NCBI GenBank assembly: GCA_951406725.2 | Contig: OX597819.1 | Span: 4,960,001-5,024,000, forward strand | Length of the DNA stretch: 64,000 bases | DNA from: Octopus vulgaris | Lineage: Eukaryota | Direction of reading: 5' to 3' | Part shown: piece by piece, positions 26,060 through 40,410 of the stretch | Layout of the letters: each line of letters starts with the position of its first letter | Position numbering within the stretch: position 1 is the first letter of the stretch | Translations under genes and position numbers: made by a program | The notes under the pieces: model-generated | Seen by the model: the letters and a program-made list of their open reading frames with translations, nothing else | The model's database searches: none | Told to the model about the DNA's origin: nothing

Positions 26060-29041
26060 CATTCTTGTTAAGGATCATGTGTCTAATGAATTGTTCATGG
26101 TTGACACCAGATCCAGCTGTTCTATTTGGCCTTTCCGTCTTACTTCAGACAAGCTGAAGCAATCTGCCATTAACCTGCTTGCGGTGAATCTATCCCCGAT
26201 AAAAACTTACGGTCAAGTCTCATTACACCTAGATCTCAACCTTCAAAGGCATTTTAGGTGGGTTTTTGTCATAGCAGATCTACCATATCCCATTCTGGGT
26301 GCAGACTTCTTAAACCACTTTCACTTGTTAGTAGATGTCAGGTGACAGAGACTCATGGACAATAATTCTGTGTCTTTGTTTACGCCTGCTCGGGTTACTA
26401 CTAATGCTGTTTTCAGCCCGTCATTTTTTGTCACCGCTGCTGGTGACTAGTTCCACTCCCTTTTGGCTTCTTTCCCAGAGCTGGTAGATCAGACTTTCAA
26501 ATCAGTCAAAGTCACACACTTGACTTGCCATTATATCGCTACTTCTGGACCACGCGTCTTTTCGCGTCCATGGTGACTCACCCCTGATCGGCTCAAAAAG
26601 GCTCAATCTGAGTTTGAGCATATGCTTCAACTTGGCCTTACTCGCTCCTCTACCAGCCCTTGGGCATCTCTTCTACATTTGGCATAAAAAGTGGATTCAG
26701 ATTTTCGCCCAGTGAGGGATTACAGACGTTTGAATGCAGTTACTGTTCCTGATCGCTATCTGATAAGGAATCTTCAGGAGTTTTCTTCAAACTTGCATGG
26801 TTGTACTATTTTTTCCAAGGTTGACCTCATCCAGGCTTATCATCAAATTCTGATGAACCCTGACAACATTCCCAAAACTGCTGTTATCACCCCTTTTGGA
26901 AGTTTCAAGTTCCTGTTTATGAGCTTCAGTTTGCGGAATGCAATGAGTACATTCCAGAGGTTTATTGATGAAGTTGTCCATGGACTTGACTTTGTGTTTG
27001 CTTATGTTGATGATTTGCTCACAGCTAGTGACATGCATAAAAATCACCTCCACCACTTATCTCAACATTTTCAGCGTCTTTACACCTACAATGTCTGAAT
27101 CAATCCCGTGTGTTTTTTGGACAGACCTCTCTGGAATTCTTAGGTCACTATATCGACTCTAATGGTATCCAACCTCTCTCCTCCAAAGTCGATGCATTTC
27201 AACACATCTTACCTCCCACTTCTTTATATCAACTGCGTCACTTCTTGGGAATTGCCAACATCTACAGGAGATTCATTCCTAAATGTGCTGACAAATTACT
27301 TCCCTTAATTCAACTATTGAAAGCAAATACAAAAAGAAATTCTCCTCTCACTTTATCTGCCGAGGTATTATCTTCTTTTGAGTCAATCAAGAAGGAAACA
27401 GCTTCTGTTCTTTTGCTTGCACATCCGGTTCCTGATACTCGTTTCTCTTTAGCAGTTGATGCATCGGATTCGATGGTAGGTACTGTTTTACAACATACAG
27501 TCGATAATCAGGCTCGACCTTTGCCTTTTTTCTCGTCAATTAAAGTCAGCTGAGCGTTGTTACTGTATGTTTGATCGTGAACTCTTAGCGATCTACCTGT
27601 CAGTTCGTCATTTTCAACATCAACTTGAGGGCCGAAATTTTGTGATTTATACTGATCACAAGCCTCTTACATTTGCTCTGTCATCTAAATTGGACAGACA
27701 CTCGCCTTGTGCTTTTTGTCACCTGGAATACATTTCCCAGTTCACTAGTGACATTCAGCATATACCTGGAACAGAGAACATACCTGCTGATGCACTCTCT
27801 CATCTCCCTGTGTGTTCTCTTCTATCTCCTGCTTCAATCGATTTAACTGCCATTGCACAGGATCAGCCAGCACTGGACACATTGGATCTAACTTCTACCA
27901 TGTTGTCCTGTTGCAAGTTTGCCTATCTTCCACTTCTGTCTGCTGAAGGCACAATCCTTTGTGACACAGCTACTGGTCCTCTCAGACTGTTTCTACTTGA
28001 GAACCACCAGTGATCCATTTTTGATGCTTTGCATTCACTGTCACATCCTAGCATCACTGCCTTGGGAAAGCTCATTACAGTTCAGTTTTTCTGGCCTAAT
28101 ATGCACCAGATGATCACCACTTGGGCATGTTCTTGTGTGAAATACCACTGGCACATTCGTGCTCCTCTTGCACAGTTTTCTCTGCCGGAGACTTGCTTTC
28201 ACCAAGTCCTCATTGATCAGGTTGTGGCTTCTCTTACATATTGACATGCATCGATCATTTCTCTCGTTGGCCTCATGCCATTCCAATAGTGGACATTTCC
28301 ACTGAGTCAGTTGCTTGAACTTTCATTTCTAACTGGATTGCTCACTTTGGTGTCCCAGCTAAAATAACCACTGATCATGGATGCCAGTTTGAAGCTTCCT
28401 TATTTCGTGAATTATCACAAATCCTAGGCGTTCATCACATTTGTATGACCCGCTACCATTCAGATTCCAACCAGATGGTCGAATATTTTCACAGGCAACT
28501 GAAGGCCACTCTACATGCCACTCCTCATCCGCAGTCTTGGACAGAATTCCTGCCTATCGTTCTTTTTGGTTGTCGCACTGCTGTTAAGACAGACTTGGGT
28601 TTCTCCTCTGCCAAACTCCTTTACGGTACCACCCTGGCACTTCCTGGTACAATGTTAGCACCAGACAATTCATCACATCCTGATCCAACATCGTATGTCA
28701 CCAGACATCACTTATATTTTTTGAGTCTTCCACCTATGCATCTGCGTGACCAATCTATTCCCTCTCACGTCCCACAGGACATTGACAAATGGACACATGT
28801 TTTTGTTCGGGATGATTCTGTCAGGGGACCTCTCATTTCTCCCTATAAAGGACCATTGCATATGCTATTGCACACACCCAAAATTTTTAGTCTTGACATC
28901 AATGGTCAGGCAGAGACCGTGTCAGTCGACAGACTTAAAAAGGCACATTTTGAGGTTTCCAGACCCTTCGCTGACACCCCAGCCACGCCCACTTTTGATC
29001 CTTTACAACCACCTATACATCCACCTGCACATGCACCTTAG
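26060..29041 (+). pseudogene. Gypsy pol (PR-RT-RH-IN), disrupted by stops and frameshifts
   Basis: ORF pieces 25848-26345, 26691-27098, 27110-27553, 27567-28013, 28029-28244 and 28445-29041. Confidence 0.92.
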
Positions 29042-29414
29042 ACCACACCATCACCTACACCTCCACATTCATCGCCACAACCTAACACAACAAACCTTAT
29101 GTCACCAGGACAAGCCGTACTGTGCATTGGCCCAAAAAACTTACCAGAACTATTTATATCTGATGACCTCTTTTGTGTTTCCTGTGACAGATAATTGTTT
29201 TCTTGTGTTGCTGAACAATTCCAATGCTTTGCCATTGAACATTTTGTTAAAATTTTGTGCATGCCCATTTATATTTCTTGTAAATATTTTCTTTTGACTT
29301 GTCATATATTGTACCATATCTTGTTGTTTGTGATCGGTTACCATCTTTGCTCTTTTCTTGTGCCTGCTCCAGTTATTCTCTATTTTCACACTAGCATTCT
29401 CAGGGGAAAGTCCC

Positions 29415-29846
29415 TGTAGCAAGGCACAAGAAGCCAGCACCATTTTGAATGAGATCTCACCTGTAGCCATTGCTATGCACAAGACAAGAATGAGATCTCA
29501 TCTGCAACCATTTGCCATGCATGAGATGACAACGAGATTCATGCCGACAACCAGTATTTAAGCAAGAAACAATGACATTCACTCTCTCATTTCTTCTCAG
29601 GCTTACGCCGAGAAACACTGCATAGCCAGCAGCTCGCAGCAGACTCTTGTCCCGCTCTGACTCCACATGCTTATCTCCAGAAGTAACGAACCTCATAATG
29701 GATGGAGTTAAGGCAAACTGTACACTGCTATAAAGATGGTCACTGAGAGCAAACCACACGAATAAGAGAACTCTGTAAATAAACGGCTTTTGAATTGTAC
29801 TCCACTTGTGAACTTCTTCTTCGTGTTCCAGATCCCTGAAACTACA
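29415..29846 (+). repeat. 3' LTR of the Gypsy element
   Basis: Purine tract AGGGGAAAG just upstream; TGTAG...CTACA termini; internal AATAAA at ~29778. No second copy available to confirm the ends. Confidence 0.7.
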
Positions 29847-30329
29847 AAAATAATTATAATGGGAGGAGATACTCCACAGGTATCATAAACCTTCCATTCC
29901 ATTATAAATTCTAGTCAACTTTAACTTTTTACCTCACTGAAATAAATAAAATAGCAATCAAAATAAATTATCATTTTGTTGACATTGAGAAATACTACAA
30001 ATTGCCTTTCATAATTGAAGTTATTCTGTATTCATGTTTATATCTATATTTAAAAAATAGAAAATAAAAAATTAAAAAATAAAATAGTCATTCGATTTAA
30101 ACCAGATATAGAAAATCTTTTTCATACCAAAGACAAATTGAAAGTGCATAAGAACACATTTTATAGATATGTAACTTAAATTAAATTATTGTTATGGCTT
30201 AGACTAATTTTTTTTCTCTATGAGTTTTGGTGAGTAGGATTTTGTCCACCAGCAAGAGGTCCCCACTCTTTGTTGCGCGACCATTGATACTTTTGTTTTA
30301 TTTAGTTATGATGCATATCTTTTGTTTTC

Positions 30330-30765
<436 letters not shown>

Positions 30766-32584
30766 CATGTATTAAAGAATTAAAAAAAAAAAACTTTAAT
30801 GGATTGATTTTCAAAATCTTCAAAGCCAGATTAAGTATGTTTATATGCACATAATGTATTATTTCATATGTTTTATGATGTAATGCATTATTAGCTTTGG
30901 ACTTCATGATAATGCAAGAAAAACTTACCAAGGAAAAGGACCCGTATTTACATCACAAATTTGCATTTCTCTACTTTTAAAATATCTTTGTTGGTGTATT
31001 TTAACAGCTGAATGTGCTTTCTACAGCTAAAACCACTCAACTGTGAAATTGGAATGTTACTTGTTATCCGGTCAGAACTGTGTACCTTGCTTATGAGCAT
31101 TGATGCCATAGCTAATAAATAGTGTACAACATAGAGAAAAAGTAAAGGAACTTCTCCAAGTTGCAATATGGAAAACTACAAATGTAGTTTTAGAGAAAGG
31201 CAATCAGGAATCAGTGACTGTGATAAACTTCCCAACAGCTTTTATATCACGACAGGAGGAATTGATGTTTAACATGTAAAATTTAATTTGCCTGCAGCTG
31301 TTACCTGGCTGTTGCCTAGCTGGTTGGTTGGCTGGCTGGCTTTTACAAACACTGAAACAAGGATTCCTTTGTCTCTGGTTCCATAAATCTATTGCTATCT
31401 GAAGCAGAATATTTCACAATTTTACATTTCACTTTAGTTGCAACATTGATTCATACAGAATTATACAGAAATTATATTCACCATTTTATGTCTATAGGTA
31501 TTGAAAATACCCAGAGTTATTAGCTACACATACCATTTAGAAACTATTGTTTGGTGGGTTGAGAGTAAACCAAGCTATGAAGGTCAGTCATTTGTATGCT
31601 GTAACCAATAATATACTGATGGTTCTCAGGACCCAGAGGTAAAGACATTTTTGGTGCTCTCACCTTAATTAACAGCCAAAGTAACAACAAATCACACTGT
31701 CCTCTTGATTCCTTATGCTATGCTTCCAATTGTAACAAATGTTTTTCTTATGATTGTTGTTGTTGTTTAGTCTCATGCCAACCTTAATGAAGCGAATTTA
31801 TGATCAAAAGTATTCCTATCAAGACTATCATAGTTAGGAGTGATACATTGAATGTATCAACTTTCTTTAATTATGATTGTAGGATGCGATATGAGGGAGA
31901 TCCAGCAACTATTTCTAATAACTGTTTAAGGAGCAGAGTTCATTGTAGTATTGACAAGAAGACAGCGTGTCTGCCTGTTGATGGATGGGTCTTTTCCAGT
32001 CTATCAGATTTACAGTTTACATTAATAAAACAATTTAATTCTCAAATGCCACTTTATTATGTTGTGACAGTATACTAGAAATAATAATAGTAAGTAGCAA
32101 GAGCATAGTAAAATTGAGGAGTGTTTAGTTTTTCAGTATTGAGTGTTTCTTATGGTTATAGTTTAGAAAGGAGTAGACTACCAGCTTGATTCACCCTAAC
32201 TAAGCTATGGAAAAAGGAAGCTTCTGGTAGAGTCATTATTATCTATTACACAATAAAGACACAACCAGAGGGCGAGGTATTAGTCCTCTGGTATTCCTTC
32301 TCCAATCACATTTTTCCTGCAAAAGTTGACTTTGAGATGAACATAAATCTATATGATTTCAGTATATTCAGAGAGCTTGCAAAGGCCCTCCTCAAGACAA
32401 AATCACAATAAAATAAGAGTGGTCACATAATACAAACTGGTGACCTAGCATCCTATAAATACAGTTAATTGTGTCTCCTCATATGTTATTTGTCAGAGAC
32501 ACTTCTACATCAAAAACACAGAGCTTCACTCAAAACACTGGGGAATCACCAGACACAACATTTCAAACTGATTTGGAAAGCATT

Positions 32585-33010
32585 AATTTAATTCTAGCCT
32601 GGTTAGCTTTCACACAAACCAGTAAAATATTTTGCTTACCGATTTCTATATCTAAACAAGCATTTTTGACTTAACTCAAGATACCCAGGGTATCTGTTAC
32701 TGAGGATACCAAAAACGGTCAAAGCACTATGTCTAGTGAATTGATAGCATTGTTTCTCTGAGACAAATTATAACAGCTAGTGCCACTCTATATTTGTATA
32801 CACATAAATGTTATACACACAGGTATTTCAATCAAGTTTGTATGTTAATTTTATTCTTGCCTGGTTAGCCTTCATTCAAATCAGTAAATTTTTTGTTCAC
32901 TGATTTCTATATCTAAACAAGCATTTTTGACTTAGTTCAGAACATCCAGAGTAATTGTCATGGAAGAGTCCCCATCAGGTCAAAACCCCATGTCAAGCAA
33001 TCCACCAGCA
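32585..33010 (+). repeat. Local tandem duplication (two diverged ~150-bp copies)
   Basis: ATTCTWGCCTGGTTAGC...GATTTCTATATCTAAACAAGCATTTTTGACTTA at ~32591 and ~32853. Confidence 0.75.
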
Positions 33011-34508
33011 TTCTAAATGAAGCCATGTTTGTGTACATGTCATAAATGTTATATGCACTGGTATTTACGATGAATCAGCAAAATATCAGTACAGCATCAT
33101 CATCATCATTAGCATCATTTGATGTCTGCTTTCCATGCTGGCATGAGTTGGATGGTTTGACAAGAGCTGGACAGCTGAGGAGCTGCCCAGTTTCCAATTG
33201 TCTGTTTTGGCATGGTTTCTACAGCTGGATGCCCTTCCTAATGCCAACCACTTCATAGAGTGTAATAGGTACTTTATATATGACACTGTGGAGGTGCGTG
33301 GCTTAGTGGTTAGAGTGTTGGACTCATGATCATAAGATTGTGGTTTCAATTCCTGGACCAGGTAACGCATTGTGTTCTTAAGCAAAACACTTCATTTTAC
33401 GTTGCTCCATTCCACTCAGCTGGTAAAAGTGAGTAACCCTGTGACAGATTGGCAACTCATCCAGGTGGGGAATATATATACCACTGAAACCGGCCCTTAT
33501 GAGCCTGGAATGGCTTGAGAAGGAAACATATACATAACACTAGCCCGGCCTGGGTGTTTTTATGTGGTACCATCACAGGCACTTTTATGTGACACTGCCA
33601 TGGGTACTTTTATGTGGCACTGGCACGGGTGGTTTTACATGACACCAGCATGAGTGCTTTTTATGTGACATCAAAACCCATGAGCCCTCAAGAGAAGGAC
33701 CTCTCAGCTGAGAGAGGGACATAGAGGACATAACTGTATGTATAGACAGTCACAGTTTTACTTAGCTTGATATACCTTCTCAAGTATGGCAAACCACCAA
33801 AAGTTTTGGTCCCTTGTAATCTCCTCTGTAAGGCCTATAATCTGAAGATCCTTTCCAACATGGAACAAAAATACCTTGTAGTTTTTATTCTACCAAGTTG
33901 CACAGATAGTCCCTTGTCATTTTCACCATTAAAAATACAGTAACTTAGTGATTGGGCCATAGAAGACCTATAACCAACAATATCTTCTTCATTCATAAAT
34001 GCAGGATACAAAGTAAGAAGATGAAAATGTAGACATATTGACAAACTTTTAAAATAGGTCAAATCTGGTGAAAAGCATTGTATATATCATTGATTTGGGA
34101 GTTGAGGTGATACAGTAGACATGTGATATATAAAAGGGAAGGTAGGGGTTGGAGTGACCAAACGGAGTTGATCTCAATGCAAATTCATTGCTTTTTTAGT
34201 CATTTGTGTGATGAATACAAACCACCAAACTATATTCTAGTTAATTTCATATTCCACTACTACTAATCTGTTTTCTAATCCTGTTTGTTCTGACTCTGGG
34301 TAAATGAGATATGATCAGATAAGTTTTTTATTCTTCCATAGACAATAAAAAATACCAGGGTTCTGAAGTATCAATACGCCAATCCAAAGGATCAGTGTTT
34401 ATTGTAATTTGATTAGCAGATAATGTATCTGTAATATAAACACTCAACAAGTCAGTTCACCAAGCTGTAAATAGATTTGGCATTGTTTTAAAACCTCTAC
34501 TCCTGTAA

Positions 34509-34830
34509 GTAGTTAGTTAGTTAGTTAATTTTTTGGCTCTAAAAGCAAAAAGCAAGGCCATGTAGGGGGACATGGAGTTATCTACAGGGTGGTGTTCATG
34601 TAAAGAGTTCAGGCCACTTGAGGTCAAGGGAGACTTTGAACCGAGCGGTCGTCGGCATCTTCACCATCTCGTCCGGCAGCTTATTCCATGGATCCGCAAC
34701 CCTTCGATTGAGATGAAATCGTCGCAGATAGAGCTTTTCGGAATGACCCCGCAGCCGACGCTCTGGAGCAGGAGTGAAGAACAGCTCTTTCGAGAGGTTA
34801 CACTTTCCGCTTATGTAAATGTACAGTAAA
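34509..34830 (-). mobile_element. CR1-group LINE 3' fragment with (TAAC)n tail
   Basis: ORF 34596-34838 'RLRGHSEKL...RRVADPWNKLPDEMVKMPTTARFKVSLD'. Confidence 0.85.
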
Positions 34831-35989
34831 ATTGACAAATATTGTGTTAAGTTGTAGTGCTGAGTTTGATTAGTTATATGAAGTTAACTTGGAGAAGAAT
34901 GATTTATGATAGACTTTTTAGCTTTTGATACACCACATAAAGATAAAGTATTTTGCGATGCCCCTGGAACTCATTGAACTCAGTTAATAACTGAACGCTA
35001 AAAGGATCAGTTATACTTATTCTCCTTCAAAAATAAAATCAATATACTTGTGTTACCCTTACCATTCTCTCTCCTCTCATTTCTAATGCTAATTGCATTG
35101 TAAAAAGTTTGATTCAAAACAGGAAATCAGCAATAAAATAAATTTGTATTCAAACAATAAATAAAATAGAGTTTCTAACTTGCATTGTTATGCAATTGTA
35201 TTGCAACATTATTTCTTTATTAAATACGGTTTCAAAGGAAATATCTTTATTTTTAACTAATTAACTTTACTGTAGCATGAAAGTTCAATATTGCCAAGAT
35301 TCATAAAATATATTTTATTCAACTCCAAAGAAAATTTCTGCTGGGGACAGCTGACACATTTTATTTCAAGAATGAGTTTTTCCCAATAGTTTACAATGTT
35401 TATGTGGCATATGATTTGACAGAAAATGCCTTTCAAAGAATCGATGAGAAAATTCAAGAAATTATGCAATATATTACCTGGAAATTTGGATTGATTTTGC
35501 ACAAAATCTATACTGTAGCTTATTTACCTGGTTTAATATACTTTTTTTTTTTTTACTATTCTTTTATATTTAAAAAAATTCAAGCATACATTTTTATTCT
35601 GATATTTTTCTGGATGTACACCAAGCATTTGGCTCATAGGTGAAGTGCATGATCAATAATAAGAAGCGTTTCTTTCATATCTGATACGTTAACAAAACTA
35701 GAATTAGCTCAATGTTAATCAGAATGACTGATAACACATATTAGTTGAGCTTTATGAAACAACTACTCTGGCTGCTGTACTTGGATTCAGCCAGACCCCA
35801 GCGTGAAGATTTTGTTTCGGATTCACACTGACTCTTAATCTTTGTCTTGATACTTGACATCAATACCAGTTGACTCTAATAATAATAAGATTAGAAAATT
35901 ATCTTACTAACAAAGTTTGTCCTAAATATTGTTGCTATTATTGAAGTCCGTTATTAGAGTGGAGAGGCAGAGAGGACGTTGTCCCTTAA

Positions 35990-36216
35990 CCCTTCAATAT
36001 TCAAATTTCTCTTGTTAAATGTAATGCTTATTTATACCCATTGTTTTGAATTAATCACAGTTTACCTTGTAGCTTTGAGATTTCTATGATGTAAATATTT
36101 ATTTTTAGAAAAACTGTTTATTTTTAGGGTAGATGTAAGAGGTTGGATCTGGTTGATTTGAGCATAAAAGAGGTAAAAGGTTTGGACTGGATATGGCCAG
36201 TTTAAATGCTAAAGGG
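35990..36216. mobile_element. Old piggyBac-type MITE
   Basis: TTAA|CCCTTCAATATTCAAA ... TTTAAATGCTAAAGGG|TCAA. Confidence 0.6.
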
Positions 36217-37800
36217 TCAAAATTTGGGAAGAAGTGGTCAATACCTACATTGCTTCAATAGTGTAATACTACCTGACTGTTGTACCTTGTTCCAAGACAC
36301 ATCTAATGAGGCTGGAGTGCATACTTTCTTGTTTCTTATGAAAGTAATGGGTTCCACTCGTGAGGAAATCCATCTGCTACCAACACTCACTCTACGGTTA
36401 TTAGGATGTTATTGCTGGTCATGCACCACTGACCAGAAATGTATCTGTAGAAACATCTTGACCATTGTGACAATGATGAAATGGAGAGTGAACAGGTGTA
36501 AGAGATTTTGTGTAGCATGTCTTTCTGTTGCATGTTTCTTTGATTGAACAGCAGATATGGATCAAGCATAGACTAAGGTTGAGCGTCTGGTGTTTTGCCA
36601 GTCATCCACAGCACTATATAATCTGGACAACATCATTGGCAGGAAAACAATCCTCACAGGGCATCAAGCCATAGAAACCATGCCAAAGAAACAACAGAAC
36701 TTGGCATAGCCCCCGGGCTTGCCAGTGCTTGTTAAATTGTTCAACCCATGCCAGCAAAGAGAAAGAACATTAAATGATGACGATGACGACGACAGTGGAG
36801 AGTATTAGCATAAGTGGTCCAGAGGCAATTCTGGGCATCAATGATAACAGTTTTGGAGATCTTTTCTGTGCTTGGGTACTATAGTGATGTTCTGCTGCTC
36901 ATACTTGCTGAATGATGCAGTATGATTGAGTAGGCATCTTTTGAAAGGGTCCTTCATCAATGCCATATTGCACTTTACATCTATTCATGTGTGTGTGAGA
37001 GAGAGTGTGAGTGCAATTGGCACTCACTCTCTCTCTCTCTCTCTCACACACACGCACACATTATCTTTCATATACATGTACATAAATGCATATGCATACA
37101 TCTTTTTTGTATGTGTGTGTGTGTGCATGTGGGAGAGAAAATGACTGACTGTATTTCCTCATAACATATACAGAAATGGATGTCTTTTAAGCTACATATT
37201 CATATAAAAAATGTGACATCGTCGTCATTGTTGTATAAAATGTCATTTAGGATAGTTGAAATATAGAAAGATTATAATGTTACATTTTTGTGATGCAAAT
37301 AAGTAAATGAAAATAAAGTTTATGTGTTAGCCAAAAGATTACTGAATCTTTTTATACCCCATAGGTCAAAATTGGCAACTCAGTTTTCAAATGTATTCGT
37401 TAATTTCCGCAAAAATTTTTTATTGCTTTATGCTTTGAAAAGAGCAGAAATTGAAAGTGAAGAGAAAGTGAAACCACGACATTTGCTTTGAAGTCAGAGC
37501 AGAAAGTGAAAGAGAGGATAACGTGAAGGATGTGTGTATGTGTATATGAAATGGACATGTGTGTGTGTGTTTGAGAAAGAGAGAGAGAAGGAAGGAGAGT
37601 GAGTGAGTGAAGGTATGTGTTGTCATGTATGTGTAAGTGGCACTTGCTCAGTCTCTCTCTGTGTCTCACACACACATCTTTTATATGCACATACATGCAT
37701 ACATCTTTTTTGATATATGTGTGCATGTGCATGTGTGTGAGAGAGAGAGAGAGTGACTGTATTTCCTCATAACATATAAAGAAATGGGCGTCTTTTAAGG

Positions 37801-38273
37801 CAGTGCTACTCAAAGTGGTGGTCTGCAGACCAGTGACAATCCGCGAGCCATCAGCTGCTTGTATGTGGTGAGTTTCCAGAAAAGAAAGAAACATTATAAA
37901 ATGATTATGTAATATTGTATTATTTGTTTCCAAAATAAATATAAGATAAAAAAATTGTCAACTTTTGTTTTATTCATTATATATATTATGGAGATGTACT
38001 TGCATAGCAAGTGACTTGATCTGAGATCGTGTGCTGAAACGAAAACAATTGCAGTGTGGAAGGTGTTTATAAGCCATTTAAGAAACACACAAAAACCGTT
38101 AGATTCACTTCAACATTTAAATTTAATTTGTCAAAATATTTTTGCCGCTTTGAGACCACAACCTGTTCACTGACAAAATTCCAGTTTCCAGTATAAATTA
38201 ATATTACTAAGCACACTGGAACACTGGAAAAAAAACTGCCTGTACACCACATCAAATAGTTTGAGAAGCACTG
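37801..38273. mobile_element. hAT (Charlie-like) MITE
   Basis: TIRs CAGTGCTACTCAAA / TTTGAGAAGCACTG; perfect 8-bp TSD TTTTAAGG (37793-37800, 38274-38281). Confidence 0.92.
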
Positions 38274-38356
38274 TTTTAAGGTACACATTCATATAGAAAA
38301 TGTGACGTCGCAGTCATTGTCATCGTGGTATAAAAGGTTTACAATAGTTGACGTAT

Positions 38357-38587
38357 TCTTTTATTTGTTTCAGTCATTTGACTGTGGCCGTGCTGGAGTA
38401 CCGCCTTTAAGTCAAACAAATCAACCCCAGGACTTATTCTTTGTAAGCCTAGTACTTATTCTATTAGTATCTTTTGCCAAACTGCTAAGTTACGGGGACA
38501 TAAGCACACCAACATCAGTTGTCAAGCAACAGTGGGGGCACAAACACAGACACACAAACATATACATACATACATACATACATACAC

Positions 38588-38622
<35 letters not shown>

Positions 38623-38765
38623 ATGGGCTTCTTACAGTTTCCATCTACCAAACCCATTCACAAGGCTTTGGTCAGCCCGAGGCTATAGTAGAAGACACTT
38701 GCTCAAGGTGCCACACAGAAGGATTGAACCACGTGATTAGGAAGCAAGCTTCTTACCACACAGCA
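38357..38765 (-). mobile_element. CORE-type SINE
   Basis: Family match to 6818-7195. Confidence 0.8.
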
Positions 38766-39669
38766 GTTTTGTAATGCAAATATGTAAATGAAAATAAAGT
38801 TTATTTGGTAGACTTAAGATTACTGAATCTTCTGATTCCCCGTATGTCAAAATCAGCAACTCTCTTTTATATATATGGAAGTGCCCCTGTCTATTGTTCT
38901 CTCTGTCTGTTTCTCACATTCCCTGTGTGTCTATCTCTTCCTGTCTCCACCCTTTTCTTGATATCAACCACCCTCATTATGCCACATTTCCTTGAACCTA
39001 ACTCTTTTGCACCCCTCTCATTTTATCATGTAATAGCCCAACCCCCCTAGTCATTCCATTAACAATTTTTATTGACAGCCAGTTTGCCTATAATTGAACT
39101 GGATGTTAGTTCAACATGTATACAAAGTTTGGTGAAGATTGGTTCCCTGGTTTGGGCAGTAAGATGGTAACAGACAGAAACTGCCATTTATATATAAGAC
39201 ATATATAGAAACACACACACACACGTGTGTGTGTGTGTATGTGTGTGCACACATGGTCAGCTCTCTCAAAAGCAACTGAAGACAAACATCAAGAAACTAC
39301 CATCTAGATCAGTGAATTGGATATTTTTTTACACATGTCTTGAGTGTTAAAGGCAGCTGTCTAATTCTGTTGTATATTTTTTCACACAGACCTGTGTTGT
39401 TCTTCTCAATAGTCTTCCTAATCTATTTTGAGCTTACTTTTGAGATATAACCTCGGCTGCAAACTCATGGGAATGTGTTGTATTCCAACAGTAAGTGTCT
39501 TAAGTCTTAAACTCTACAACTACTCCTGTGAATATTTCTTTAAAATATATTTGAATTTTCTTGAGACATCAAACTTTAGGAAATAGATTTATTATTTTCA
39601 AAATGAAAACTTGACTGATTCGTTCTCTCACTATGTGTCACTTGATGCATATATAACTTTTTCTCTCTT

Positions 39670-40073
39670 TCTCTTTTACTTGTTTCAGTCATTTGACTGC
39701 GGCCATGCTGGAGCACCGCCTTTAGTCGAGAAAATCGACCCCAGGACTTATTCTTTTTGTAAGCCCAGTACTTATTCGGTCTCCTTTTTTGCCGAACCGC
39801 CAAGTGACGGGGACGTAAACACACAAGCATCAGTTGTCGAGCAATGCTAGAGGGACAAACACACACACACAAACACACACATACATATACATATATATAC
39901 ATATATATTCGACAGGCTTCTTTCAGTTTCCATTTACCAAATCCACTCACAAGGCATTGGTCGGCCTGGGGCTATAGCAGAAGACACTTGCCCAAGATGC
40001 CACGCAGTGGGACTGAACCCGGAACCATGTGGTTGTTTAGCAAGCTACTTACCACACAGCCACTCCTGCGCCT
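39670..40073 (-). mobile_element. CORE-type SINE (young copy)
   Basis: Near-identical to 6818-7195. Confidence 0.88.
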
Positions 40074-40360
40074 AACTTGTAGATATATAGCAATAATTTA
40101 ACTATCTTTGAGATCAATTCTCAAAGCCTACAAATTTTCTGAGATATGGACTTCTGAAAACAATATTGTTTAGACCAGTGAATTGAATATTTTCCTCATA
40201 TATTTGTATTGTATGGGATTTCTCAGATGTTTCATGTAGACTTAGGTTGTGCCTCTAAATATCTCAACTGTTATATATATATATAATTAGTTCTCTAGTG
40301 AGAAATATTAACCTTAGCTGCAAACTCTGTGTATTTACTTCCCATCCTACATTTACTTTG

Positions 40361-40410
<50 letters not shown>

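Larger units (their letters stand above)
25238..29846 (+). mobile_element. Decayed Ty3/Gypsy LTR retrotransposon (gag, PR, RT, RNase H, IN, PPT, 3' LTR; 5' LTR not found)
   Basis: Gypsy domain order: gag 'LPAYSGDVTLWFAQLDAYF', protease 'FMVDTRS', RT 'DYRRLN..YVDDLL', RNase H 'VDASD..DRELLAI..YTDHKPL', integrase 'TTDHG.QF..YH...N.MVE.FHRQLK..PYKGP'. Confidence 0.95.
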
